A stretch of 20,000 nucleotides of DNA, from positions 233,294 through 253,293 of the forward strand of contig JAWLHB010000007.1 in NCBI GenBank assembly GCA_041690595.1, read 5' to 3'. The translations under genes were made by a program, and so were the position numbers. How positions within the stretch are numbered: position 1 is the stretch's first letter; every line of letters begins with the position of its first letter. Under the pieces are notes generated by a model, which saw only the letters and a list, made by a program, of their open reading frames with translations, was not told where the DNA came from and searched no databases. Below are positions 1 to 8,147 of the stretch, piece after piece. The DNA is from Lentisphaeria bacterium. GTDB taxonomy: Bacteria > Verrucomicrobiota > Lentisphaeria > JABSQK01 > JAWLHB01.

Positions 1-1
1 G

Positions 2-2167
2 GAGCCGAATCTGGACTTTGTTGCGAACCCGAATGCGATACAGAGCTGGCCCTCGGTGTGGCACGAGCAGGGCAGCATGTACGCGGTCTATGATTTTCTG
101 CGGGATCATTGTGGGGTGCGCTGGTTCAATCCGACGGATGTGGGCACGGTATATCCGACGGCGGCAACGCTGACAGTGAGCGGGGCGGAGGTACAGCGGA
201 AGCCGTTCATGTGGTATCGCGGGGGTACCATGATTGGGCAGCCGGAGCGGGTTCAGTGGGGCGGTGGGCTCTGGCGAAGCGGCACCGCGGAGGGAGAGAA
301 TTACATGGAGCTGGGGTATGCGAGTCTTTATGAAGCCCAGTCGCACGTGAATAGCCGGAACCTCGGTCTGCGGGCGCAGAACACGCTCTTCATGCTGCGC
401 CAGAAGGGCGGGGGAGAACAGGCGCCCTGCAATCATTCCTTCTACAATTTCTATGAACGTTTCCATACCAAGGGGCACGAGAACTTCGAAGCATATCGAC
501 CGGAGTTTTTCGCGCAGGGGTACAGCGGCGAGAAGCCGCCACAGATGTGCTACTCCAACGACGGCTTTGTCGCGCAGGTGGTCACGGACATCCGCAGCTA
601 CTTCGACAATGGCGGCTATCAGAAGCGGATGAGCGGAATCGGGACACCCGGGTACACGTGGGGCGAGAACTTTTTCGCGCTGGAACCGATGGACAATTCG
701 GCTTTCTGCAAGTGCGACGCCTGTACCCCCCAGTATGAGCTGGATCGTCCGCGGGCCGAGCAGCACAGCACCTACTGGTTTCGCTTTGTCAATCGGGTTG
801 CCAACGAGATAGCCAAGTCGCATCCGGATAAGAAGATCACGACGCTGGCGTACATGACGCACGAAGGGCTGCCGACGAACCTGAAGGTTGCCGACAACGT
901 CATCGTCTACTTCTGTATCTCGGGCAATCGCATGCCGTACTCGCCGCTGCTCGACCGCCAGATGGCGCTGCTGGATGAATGGCACCGGAAGGAGAATGTG
1001 CCCATGAGTCTGTGGCTCTACAATACCTTCCCTTTGGAGATCGCGAACAATGGCAAGTTCTTCTGCTTCCCGGGTTTCTTCGCGCATGAACTGGACAAGC
1101 AATTCAAGCGCTTCCGGGAGTATGAGATCAACGGCATCTTCCACTGCGGCTTCAATGGCGAGGTGGCGAACTACCTCTGCTATCGGCTCATGGATGATCC
1201 GGATGCCGACGTGGATCTGCTTCTCGATGACTATTTCAGCAGCTTCTATGGGCCTGCCGGGGCGGCGCTGAAGAGCTTCTATACGCTGGTCGAAGAGCGC
1301 TACTGCAATCCGGAGAATTATCCGAAGCAGGGGGACGAGCCGTATGGCGGTCATCAGGACGTGCGCATCGCCTGGAAGCATCTGGGCAATGCGGAGACGA
1401 TGACGAAGCTGGCCGAGTACATGGCTGAGGCTCACGCCGCCGCCGTGACCCCGGAGCAGAAGCAGCGTGTGGCGCTCTGGGATCAGGGTGTCTACCAGTA
1501 CATGAAGGCGGGTTACGAGAGCTTCAACCGGCGTATGTCCGCCCCCATCCCGGAAGTGATCGCGCCGCGGGTCCCGTTGGCGCAGGGTGATCCGAACGCG
1601 GTTTCCTGGGAGCAGGCCGGCGTGCTGGTGACGACCATGTACGACCGCGGTTCGGAAACGCCGATCCCCTTCAAGGTGACGGGCCGGGTGTGCCACGATG
1701 GCGACTACCTGTACGTCGAGCTGATCGACCATTGCGATCCGTCAAAGCTGGAAGTCTCGCCCCAGATCGCTTGCTACGATGACTGGGAGGTGATGTTCGC
1801 CCACCAGCGGGCGCAGCCTTTCCGGCAGTACATGTTTGGGCCGACCGCCATGACTCAAGGCCTCTCCTATGGGGAAGTGAACTGGCGGCAGGGGGTAGTG
1901 GCGGCGGAGTATACGGACCATGCCTTCGGCGCAAAGGCCGTCAGCGACACTTCCGGTGAAGGCTGGGTGCTGCGCCTTGCCTTTCCCTTGGAGAAGATGC
2001 TGGAGAAGCCGGTCCTGCCGGGCGAGACGATTTACAGCAATCTCATCCGGGTACGAGGGCCGGCGCTGAACAAGAGCTTCGGTCCCGGCTTCGGAATCGA
2101 GAGCTGGGTCAGTTACATGACGGTGAAGGAGGTCGATCGCGCCGGTGCGATCACCCTCGCGAAGTAA
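2..2167 (+). CDS. DUF4838-family protein with a C-terminal CBM9-like sugar-binding domain; 5'-truncated by the window
   Basis: The frame is open from position 2 ([42 protein letters not shown]), so the GTG at 56 is internal. Motifs [39 protein letters not shown] and [10 protein letters not shown] are shared with the paralogue at 2978-6148. The C-terminus ([29 protein letters not shown]) is CBM9-like. Confidence 0.8.
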   Translation, partial: EPNLDFVANPNAIQSWPSVWHEQGSMYAVYDFLRDHCGVRWFNPTDVGTVYPTAATLTVSGAEVQRKPFMWYRGGTMIGQPERVQWGGGLWRSGTAEGENYMELGYASLYEAQSHVNSRNLGLRAQNTLFMLRQKGGGEQAPCNHSFYNFYERFHTKGHENFEAYRPEFFAQGYSGEKPPQMCYSNDGFVAQVVTDIRSYFDNGGYQKRMSGIGTPGYTWGENFFALEPMDNSAFCKCDACTPQYELDRPRAEQHSTYWFRFVNRVANEIAKSHPDKKITTLAYMTHEGLPTNLKVADNVIVYFCISGNRMPYSPLLDRQMALLDEWHRKENVPMSLWLYNTFPLEIANNGKFFCFPGFFAHELDKQFKRFREYEINGIFHCGFNGEVANYLCYRLMDDPDADVDLLLDDYFSSFYGPAGAALKSFYTLVEERYCNPENYPKQGDEPYGGHQDVRIAWKHLGNAETMTKLAEYMAEAHAAAVTPEQKQRVALWDQGVYQYMKAGYESFNRRMSAPIPEVIAPRVPLAQGDPNAVSWEQAGVLVTTMYDRGSETPIPFKVTGRVCHDGDYLYVELIDHCDPSKLEVSPQIACYDDWEVMFAHQRAQPFRQYMFGPTAMTQGLSYGEVNWRQGVVAAEYTDHAFGAKAVSDTSGEGWVLRLAFPLEKMLEKPVLPGETIYSNLIRVRGPALNKSFGPGFGIESWVSYMTVKEVDRAGAITLAK

Positions 2168-2189
2168 CCATTTGCCGATGCTTCAACCC

Positions 2190-2228
2190 GATCCGGCGCC
2201 GAGGGCACCGCGCTCTCCGCGCCGGATC
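2190..2228 (+). other. Strong intergenic stem-loop without a U-tract
   Basis: GATCCGGCGC-C-GAGGGC-[ACCGC]-GCTCTC-C-GCGCCGGATC forms a 16-bp stem with one G-U pair and one C/C mismatch. It ends 5 nt before the GGAG RBS of the next gene. Confidence 0.75.
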
Positions 2229-2243
2229 ATAGTGGAGACGATA

Positions 2244-2963
2244 ATGATGCATGCTTCCATTCGGTTTCGCTTCACCCTGATCGAGCTGCTGGTCGTGGTG
2301 GCGATTATTGCCATCCTTGCATCGTTGCTGTTGCCGGCGCTGAGTCAGGCCCGTGCCATGGCGAAGAGCACGCAATGCATCAACAAACTGAAACAGATGG
2401 GAATGGGGTGCGCCATGTACATCGGCGAGTGGGACGGCTACTTTCTGGATGGTTCTCCCTGCCCCATGCTTCCTGAGGCGATCCATCCATACCAGCCTTA
2501 TAACTGGATGCGTCGGCTGGCGGAGTATCTAAGCCTGCCGGACAAGAACCGGCTCAAGCCGGTGGAAGACAAGGCGAAGACCTTCACCTGTCCGCAGGAG
2601 CCTGCCGGGGAGTTTAACGGCAATTATCCATCGTGGCACATCAATCAGTTCATCGCCAGCTTCGGCAGTCCCGGAAGCTTTAAGGCGGATCGCCCGCGCA
2701 AGGCGGACTCGATCACGTTGCCTTCGGCCAAGGTTTACTTTGGCGGCGGCACCATCAACAGCGCCTTCTATCACGGCTTCTTCTATCCGTCTTACCTGAC
2801 GACCGGCCAGTTGGAGATGCGCCATCCGGGCAGCAAGGTCAACATCCTCTTTGTCGATCTTCATGCGGGCTCCTTTGGGGCGCCGCCTCTGCCATCGGCG
2901 GCGAACGTGCCGCTTGCCAGCAAATGGCTCATCGAAGGCCATGGAGCGGCGCCAGGACTGTGA
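2244..2963 (+). CDS. Prepilin-type N-terminal cleavage/methylation domain protein (DUF1559 / H-X9-DG-like, PVC type)
   Basis: RBS GGAG at 2234-2237 precedes ATG 2244 (ATG 2247 is an alternative). N-terminus [47 protein letters not shown], an internal FTCP motif, and C-terminal [15 protein letters not shown]. Confidence 0.88.
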   Translation: MMHASIRFRFTLIELLVVVAIIAILASLLLPALSQARAMAKSTQCINKLKQMGMGCAMYIGEWDGYFLDGSPCPMLPEAIHPYQPYNWMRRLAEYLSLPDKNRLKPVEDKAKTFTCPQEPAGEFNGNYPSWHINQFIASFGSPGSFKADRPRKADSITLPSAKVYFGGGTINSAFYHGFFYPSYLTTGQLEMRHPGSKVNILFVDLHAGSFGAPPLPSAANVPLASKWLIEGHGAAPGL

Positions 2964-2977
2964 GCTGTCGATCGCGC

Positions 2978-5900
2978 TTATTTGTCTGCCATGGCTTGCA
3001 GTCCCGCACGAAAGCGCGCCGCGATTTCGGTAGCGGTAAGGGCGCGATCGTAGAGGGAGACTTCATCCATCATCCCGCGGAACTGGAGGTGACGTACGTT
3101 GGTGTGTGGCAGGCCCAGGCGCAGGGCTCCCGCCATGCGGCGGAGGGGCACGCGGATGGGCTCACGGGAGGTGCCGGCATGGCGGCCATTGACGTAGGCC
3201 AGCAGCCGCTGACCATCGAAGACACCCACGACGTGCTGCCATTCGCCGGGAGTGAAGGCGCGCCGCTGAGCGTAGAGGTACTCCTGCTTTCCCTCCTGGG
3301 GATTGGCGCTCAACCAGAGGAGATTGCCTGGCCGCAGGTGCACATCGAAGGTATCGCCGGGGGCGCTGAAAAGACGGGGATAGCTGGGCTGCTCCGGCTG
3401 CGTGGTGGCGGCGGCGGTTTGTATCCAGGCTTCGAAGGTGAAGGGGGGACCGGCCTGTGGCGGGGCATCGTCGAGGCCGACCGCGGTTTCGATATCCGCC
3501 ATCGCGTCGTCCGGGGTCACCTCGGCTCCGGCGAAGGTCTCGATTCCCTGGACTTCGATCCAGGCAGCGCGTTGGTCAACGGGAAAGAGGATGCCGCGGC
3601 CGAAGGGGCTGTCGCAGCGGGTAATGGGTCCATGGATGGTGCCATGATGGTTGTTGCCGGAGCTGTCGAGGACGGATTCGCCATCGTCTTCGAAGCGCCA
3701 GCGCGCGACGAGCCCGGGGCCATCGGCATTACTGGTGGGTGGGGGCGCGGGGTCGAGGCTGATGCGGGCATAGCGGGGAGCATGATCGTATCCGGCGAAG
3801 GTGGGGACCCAGATGGGCTGGTCTGGATCGCCGGGAGAGCGCCTGGCCGCGTTGAGCAACAGGGCGCCGCCGGGGCGAAGTCCGTCCGCCGTCAGCTCCG
3901 CCAGGGGGATGGCGGCGTAGAGTTCCCAGCCATCCTCGGTGACCGTCGAACCCGTGGAGGTTGCATCCAGACGGAACTCTCGCACCTCGCCATCGGTCTT
4001 GGCGGCCGTCAGCACCTGCCAGTAATCGTCCTTGGTGGGTGCGGCGCCTTTCTCAGTGAGTCGCACGTAGAGGAACTCGTCATCGTGGGTGATGCGTCCG
4101 ATGATCTGGCGTTGAGATGCTTCGCAGGCGAGCCCGGTCCAGCGCATCATGGGGGTGGCATCGTGCCAGTCTACCCGCCGCGGATCGTGATCGGGCACCG
4201 GCTCGAAGACGAATGGCGAGGAGAGGTGGGGCACGCTGTACCACCCCTTCATCTGCTCTTCGTATTGGGCTTTTCCCTGCTCCAGGTACTGCCAGACGGC
4301 CAGGTCGAAGAGCTGGAATCGATCCTGCTGGATTGGACTGGCATCGAGTATGGCGACCCGTGCCTGATCCATGATGGTCCGCAGTTCCGCCATGCGTGGG
4401 CCTGTTCCGAGCCACGCCCAGGCGATGATCTGATGCTGATGCCCATTGAAGTTGGGCGGGTAGCTTGTCGGATCGCAGTAGATTTGCTCGATACGCTCGT
4501 AGAGTTGACGCAGCGGCTTGCCTGCCGGTCCGTAGCCGCGGGTGAAATACTCGTCGAGGAGGTGATCTATATCGAGGGTCACGTCGTCGAGGAGGGCGAA
4601 GGTGACGTATGCCTCGACGTCTTGACCGAAGCCGTTCATGAAGAAGCCGCGGACGCCCGACTGGTGAAAGTACTTGAATTCGCTGGCGATGGTGTGGGCG
4701 AAGAAGCCCGGAAAGACGTGCCAGCTCGGCTTCTCGCCACGATTGGCCATTTCCGTGGGGAAGCAGTAGTAGAGCCACATGTAGAGAGGATGATCTTGGG
4801 CCGCCCACTCGGCGAAGAGACGGTGTTCATGCTCCCAGCTCTCCCGCGCGTAGGGTGCACGGATATGCATGCAGTACTGCACGTCGATGTTGGAAGCCAG
4901 GGTAAGGTCGCGGGGATAGGCCGCATACTGAGAGTAGGCGAGGGCCGCGACGCGTTTCCCGGGATACGCTTCGCCCACGGCCTCGGCGGTCCGGTTGATC
5001 ACTGGCCAGACCAGATCGCTAGCGATTCCATTGGCAAAGGTGTAGGGCTCCTCGAGCGGCCGCAGCCTGGCCTGACAGTCCGCGCACTCGCAGTAACCGC
5101 CGTTATCCATCGGCACCACGGCGTATCGCTCCGTTCCCCAAAATTGGTTGCGGTCCGCGAGCGGCTGTCCGCTGTTGGGGTTCAGGGGGGTACCGCCGAA
5201 CCAGGCCAGCGCGTCGTCCACAATCTGTTGCTGGACGGCTGGATTGGTGTAGCAGGGCTGCTGGGGGCGGCCCAGGTTGTCGAGCGTCTTGGCGAACCAG
5301 TCCGGACGCTCCTCCACGAAGATATCGGGATTGCGCGGGTTTTGCTTCCAGAAGCGGTCGTAGAAGTTGTAGAGGGAGTGGTTGGCGCTGAAGAAATCTC
5401 CCCCGACCCGTTTGCGGTACAGGAAGGCACGGTGCGTTCCGCGCTTGGCCCAATTCTGGTAGGTGTGCTCGTGGGTGAACTGTTCGCGCATGCGTGGGTA
5501 GGCCGCGGCTTCATAGGCGGCGAAGCCATCCGATGCCGGATGCCAGAGCGAGGTGAAGGAGTCGTACCATTGGCTGTGAACGAGGGTGAAGACGTTGCGG
5601 GTGGGGAAGGAGGGTTGACGGCGAACCTCCATCTCCTCGACGATGAGTGTGCGGCGGGGCTCGAAGTCGGTTCCTACCTCGACAGGCGACAGCCAGCGAA
5701 TGCCGCAGCCACGCTCCAGAAAGTCGTAGACCGCCCAGAGGGTGGCCTTTCGATCCCAGAAGCCCGGCCAGGTGGTGATGTCATAGATCTCATGCGCACC
5801 ATGTTTGACGCGGTAGCTGACTTTTTCGTGGTCGGGGGCGTCCCGGCCGGCCAGCAGCAGCTCGTTCGGCGTCACCCGCACCAAGTATTCCTGGTCCTCG

Positions 5901-6148
5901 AAAACTTCGGTGTCGATGCCATGGCCGATGCGTATCGGCAGCAGCTCCTGAGGTTCCTCATGGAGGATCGGCAACTGGGCGCCGGTGATCAGGAAGATGT
6001 GTGCCTGCAGTTCATAGGCGGCCAACTGCGCGGCCTTCGTCGGCTCCTCTTCCAGCACGATTGCCGCGCGGACCGCGCCCTCCTCGACCAAGGTCAACCC
6101 ATGAAGCAGGGGGCAGAGCAGCAACAGCACGGACATCAGCTTTTTCAT
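2978..6148 (-). CDS. Secreted DUF4838-family protein with CBM9-like and C-terminal LamG-like jellyroll domains
   Basis: Signal peptide MKKLMSVLLLLCPLLHG with a GAGGAG RBS. GH67/GH20-type N-terminal domain (AAYELQAHIFLITG..QEYLVRVTPNELLLAGRD..TLWAVYDFLE). Core motifs NHSLYNF and PMDNGGYCECADC. LamG signatures GLVARWRFE..DSSGNNHHG, FTFEAWI, WQHVVGVFDG..YVNG and FRGMMDEVSLYDRALT. Confidence 0.85.
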   Translation of the reverse strand: MKKLMSVLLLLCPLLHGLTLVEEGAVRAAIVLEEEPTKAAQLAAYELQAHIFLITGAQLPILHEEPQELLPIRIGHGIDTEVFEDQEYLVRVTPNELLLAGRDAPDHEKVSYRVKHGAHEIYDITTWPGFWDRKATLWAVYDFLERGCGIRWLSPVEVGTDFEPRRTLIVEEMEVRRQPSFPTRNVFTLVHSQWYDSFTSLWHPASDGFAAYEAAAYPRMREQFTHEHTYQNWAKRGTHRAFLYRKRVGGDFFSANHSLYNFYDRFWKQNPRNPDIFVEERPDWFAKTLDNLGRPQQPCYTNPAVQQQIVDDALAWFGGTPLNPNSGQPLADRNQFWGTERYAVVPMDNGGYCECADCQARLRPLEEPYTFANGIASDLVWPVINRTAEAVGEAYPGKRVAALAYSQYAAYPRDLTLASNIDVQYCMHIRAPYARESWEHEHRLFAEWAAQDHPLYMWLYYCFPTEMANRGEKPSWHVFPGFFAHTIASEFKYFHQSGVRGFFMNGFGQDVEAYVTFALLDDVTLDIDHLLDEYFTRGYGPAGKPLRQLYERIEQIYCDPTSYPPNFNGHQHQIIAWAWLGTGPRMAELRTIMDQARVAILDASPIQQDRFQLFDLAVWQYLEQGKAQYEEQMKGWYSVPHLSSPFVFEPVPDHDPRRVDWHDATPMMRWTGLACEASQRQIIGRITHDDEFLYVRLTEKGAAPTKDDYWQVLTAAKTDGEVREFRLDATSTGSTVTEDGWELYAAIPLAELTADGLRPGGALLLNAARRSPGDPDQPIWVPTFAGYDHAPRYARISLDPAPPPTSNADGPGLVARWRFEDDGESVLDSSGNNHHGTIHGPITRCDSPFGRGILFPVDQRAAWIEVQGIETFAGAEVTPDDAMADIETAVGLDDAPPQAGPPFTFEAWIQTAAATTQPEQPSYPRLFSAPGDTFDVHLRPGNLLWLSANPQEGKQEYLYAQRRAFTPGEWQHVVGVFDGQRLLAYVNGRHAGTSREPIRVPLRRMAGALRLGLPHTNVRHLQFRGMMDEVSLYDRALTATEIAARFRAGLQAMADK

Positions 6149-6183
6149 TCTCTTCTCCTCATCACTTATGCCTTGAAGGACGC

Positions 6184-6236
6184 TTGTGAAATGTCGGTAG
6201 CCCTATATAGTCTACGTAGACTCTACATGATTACAA
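6184..6236. promoter_or_regulatory. Overlapping sigma70-like promoter candidates for the divergent lacI and DUF4838 genes
   Basis: + strand: TTGTGA(6184-6189)-16nt-TATAGT(6206-6211) toward lacI. - strand: TTGTAA(6236-6231)-16nt-TAGACT(6214-6209) toward the DUF4838 gene. The intergenic region is AT-rich. Confidence 0.5.
6209..6222. promoter_or_regulatory. Putative LacI-family operator
   Basis: Perfect 14-bp palindrome AGTCTACGTAGACT with a central CG, typical of LacI/GalR operators. It lies between the divergent lacI and DUF4838 genes. Confidence 0.75.
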
Positions 6237-6249
6237 GTTGGGGATGGAA

Positions 6250-7281
6250 ATGGCACTATCGGTGAATCAGACGCACTTGGCGCAGCGTCTCGGCCTCTCG
6301 CAACGGGCCGTGAGCAAAGCACTGCGCGGGCAGCCGGGCGTTTCCGAGGCTACGCGGGCGAGGGTGATGGCGATGGCTCAGGAATGCGGCTACCGCCCCA
6401 ACCGTCTGGCCCGCGCGCTAGCGGACGGCGCCAGCAAGGTCATCGGCATGCTTACGCCAGCCTTTGGCGGCAGCTATTTCAGCGACCAGATCTTTGCCGC
6501 CCAACGTTACCTCGATGAGCATCAGTACGGGCTGCTGCTCTCGCACTGGCGACAGAACGACCCCACTGATGACAGCGACATCAACATTATGCTCCAGCAC
6601 CAGGTTGACGGCATCCTGAGCATTCCCAAAGCGATTGTTCCATGGAAAGAGTCGATCTACGCGGAGTTGGCGGAGCAGCAGGTCAGCATCGTCTGCATCG
6701 GTCAGGAGGTTCCCCTGCCGGGATTCTGCTCCGTCTGTTCGGACGATCTGAACGGCAGTCGGCGCGCTACCGAGTTTCTGCTGCGGCTTGGTCACCGTCA
6801 TGCTGTTTATATCGGACCGCTGGCTCCCCTCTCCTCGTCGCAGATCCTGCGCCGTCAAGGTTATGAAGAGGTGATGGTTGCCGCGAGTTTGACGCCAGTT
6901 GCGGTCGAGACTGGTGTGGGAGATCACGGCAGCAGCATGCGTGATGCGGTTATCGCTACGGTCATCAAACGGCCTGAGGTTACCGCCATCATCTGCTACA
7001 ACGATACGGACGCGCTGCATGCAATAGATGCGCTGCATGGGATGGATCTTTCGGTGCCGGAAGATATTTCGGTGGTGGGCTTCGGTAACGATCTCCCTTA
7101 TCCCGAGCACATGCAGGTGCCCCTCACCACCGTCAATCAATCGGCCGAAAGCTTGGGCCGTCTTGCCGCTACACAGCTTCTGCGTATGATCGCGGGCGAA
7201 GATGTCAGCGGCACTCATCTCGTTCCCACGGAGTTGGTCATCCGCCGAAGCACCGCCAAGCCAGTAGACCGGGGCGCTTGA
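6250..7281 (+). CDS. LacI-family DNA-binding transcriptional regulator
   Basis: HTH QTHLAQRLGLSQRAVSKALRG..VSEATRARV, hinge YRPNRLARAL, and sugar-binding domain motifs VDGIL, CYND, VPEDISVVGF, PLTTVNQ, LVIRRST. The start could be ATG 6244 or 6250. Confidence 0.95.
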   Translation: MALSVNQTHLAQRLGLSQRAVSKALRGQPGVSEATRARVMAMAQECGYRPNRLARALADGASKVIGMLTPAFGGSYFSDQIFAAQRYLDEHQYGLLLSHWRQNDPTDDSDINIMLQHQVDGILSIPKAIVPWKESIYAELAEQQVSIVCIGQEVPLPGFCSVCSDDLNGSRRATEFLLRLGHRHAVYIGPLAPLSSSQILRRQGYEEVMVAASLTPVAVETGVGDHGSSMRDAVIATVIKRPEVTAIICYNDTDALHAIDALHGMDLSVPEDISVVGFGNDLPYPEHMQVPLTTVNQSAESLGRLAATQLLRMIAGEDVSGTHLVPTELVIRRSTAKPVDRGA

Positions 7282-7352
7282 GCATAGGGGCGAGGTGGAC
7301 TTGACGCGATGAAGGGGATTTTGTTGGAATGAGGCGTTTTTTTCGTGGGGTC

Positions 7353-7361
7353 TGTTATACT
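7353..7361 (+). promoter_or_regulatory. Extended -10 promoter candidate for the ThuA operon
   Basis: TG-T-TATACT about 75 nt upstream of ATG 7437; GGAGG lies upstream of the start codon. Confidence 0.5.
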
Positions 7362-7436
7362 ATGCGTGATTGCTGGTGCGGTGAAGGCAGCGAAACCAAA
7401 CGTTAACGAGCGCGGTGGCGCCGGAGGGGTGAAGGC

Positions 7437-8147
7437 ATGAGTGCAAAGAAGCGGGTACTGCTGTTTGGCGGTGGCGGGGTGCATGACCACAAGACGATCT
7501 GCCCTGTCTTGAAGGGCTATCTGGAGTGTGACGATCGGTATGTGATCGATCACGTGACCGAGGATTACGATGTCCTCCTGGCCTCACGCCTCGAAGGATA
7601 CGATCTGCTGGTCATGTATCACACGGGCAAGACGCTGACGACCGAGCAGGCCAGCGGCATGACCGGCGCCGTCGCGGCAGGCATGGGCTTTGTCGGCATC
7701 CATGGCGCGGCCGATTCTTTCAAGACTTCGCCCGAGTATATTGCGATGATCGGGGGTGTCTTCAAGGGACACCCCTTCACCCGCGACTACCTGATCAGCC
7801 TCTGCGATCCAACCTTTGGCATCGTCGCCGTCCATGACCATCCGATCCTCGAGAAGTTCGAGGGGTACGTGGTGAAGGACTGGGAGAAGTGGCCGGTCTT
7901 CGAGTACATGGTCACCGACGAGCAGTACCTGCTGGACTACGATCCGCGCAACAGGATCCTGGCGACGGCGCTCTTCAAGGGTGTGGCGCAGCCGGTAGCG
8001 TGGGCGCGTCAATGGGGCAAGGGACGTGTCTTCTACTCGGCAGTCGGCCATCATCTGCAGGCGATCGAGTCCTACTTCTTTACGACCATCTTCAAAGGTG
8101 GTGCTGCCTGGGCAACGCGTCCGGACGAAGAAGAGGCCACAAAATGA
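7437..8147 (+). CDS. ThuA-like domain protein (class I glutamine-amidotransferase-like fold)
   Basis: RVLLFGGGGVHD, YDLLVMY, GMGFVGIHGAADS, GGVFKGHP, DHPI, TDEQY, PVAWARQWGKGRVFYSAVGH. No signal peptide. Confidence 0.88.
   Translation: MSAKKRVLLFGGGGVHDHKTICPVLKGYLECDDRYVIDHVTEDYDVLLASRLEGYDLLVMYHTGKTLTTEQASGMTGAVAAGMGFVGIHGAADSFKTSPEYIAMIGGVFKGHPFTRDYLISLCDPTFGIVAVHDHPILEKFEGYVVKDWEKWPVFEYMVTDEQYLLDYDPRNRILATALFKGVAQPVAWARQWGKGRVFYSAVGHHLQAIESYFFTTIFKGGAAWATRPDEEEATK

Noticed and set aside
56..58. GTG at 56 as the start of the first CDS
   Set aside because: The frame is open to the window edge, and homology with the paralogue continues upstream of 56.
2924..6265. 1113-aa + strand ORF
   Set aside because: It is the antisense shadow of the DUF4838/LamG gene and has no recognisable motifs. 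High-GC genes rarely use TTA, CTA or TCA, which keeps the in-register antisense frame open.
7398..7408. AAACGTTAACG as a second LacI operator
   Set aside because: It has only an 8-bp palindromic core and does not match AGTCTACGTAGACT; too weak to call.
7889..8143. 85-aa N-terminal extension of the UroD-like ORF
   Set aside because: It overlaps the ThuA gene in another frame; the ATGA-coupled start at 8144 is more plausible.
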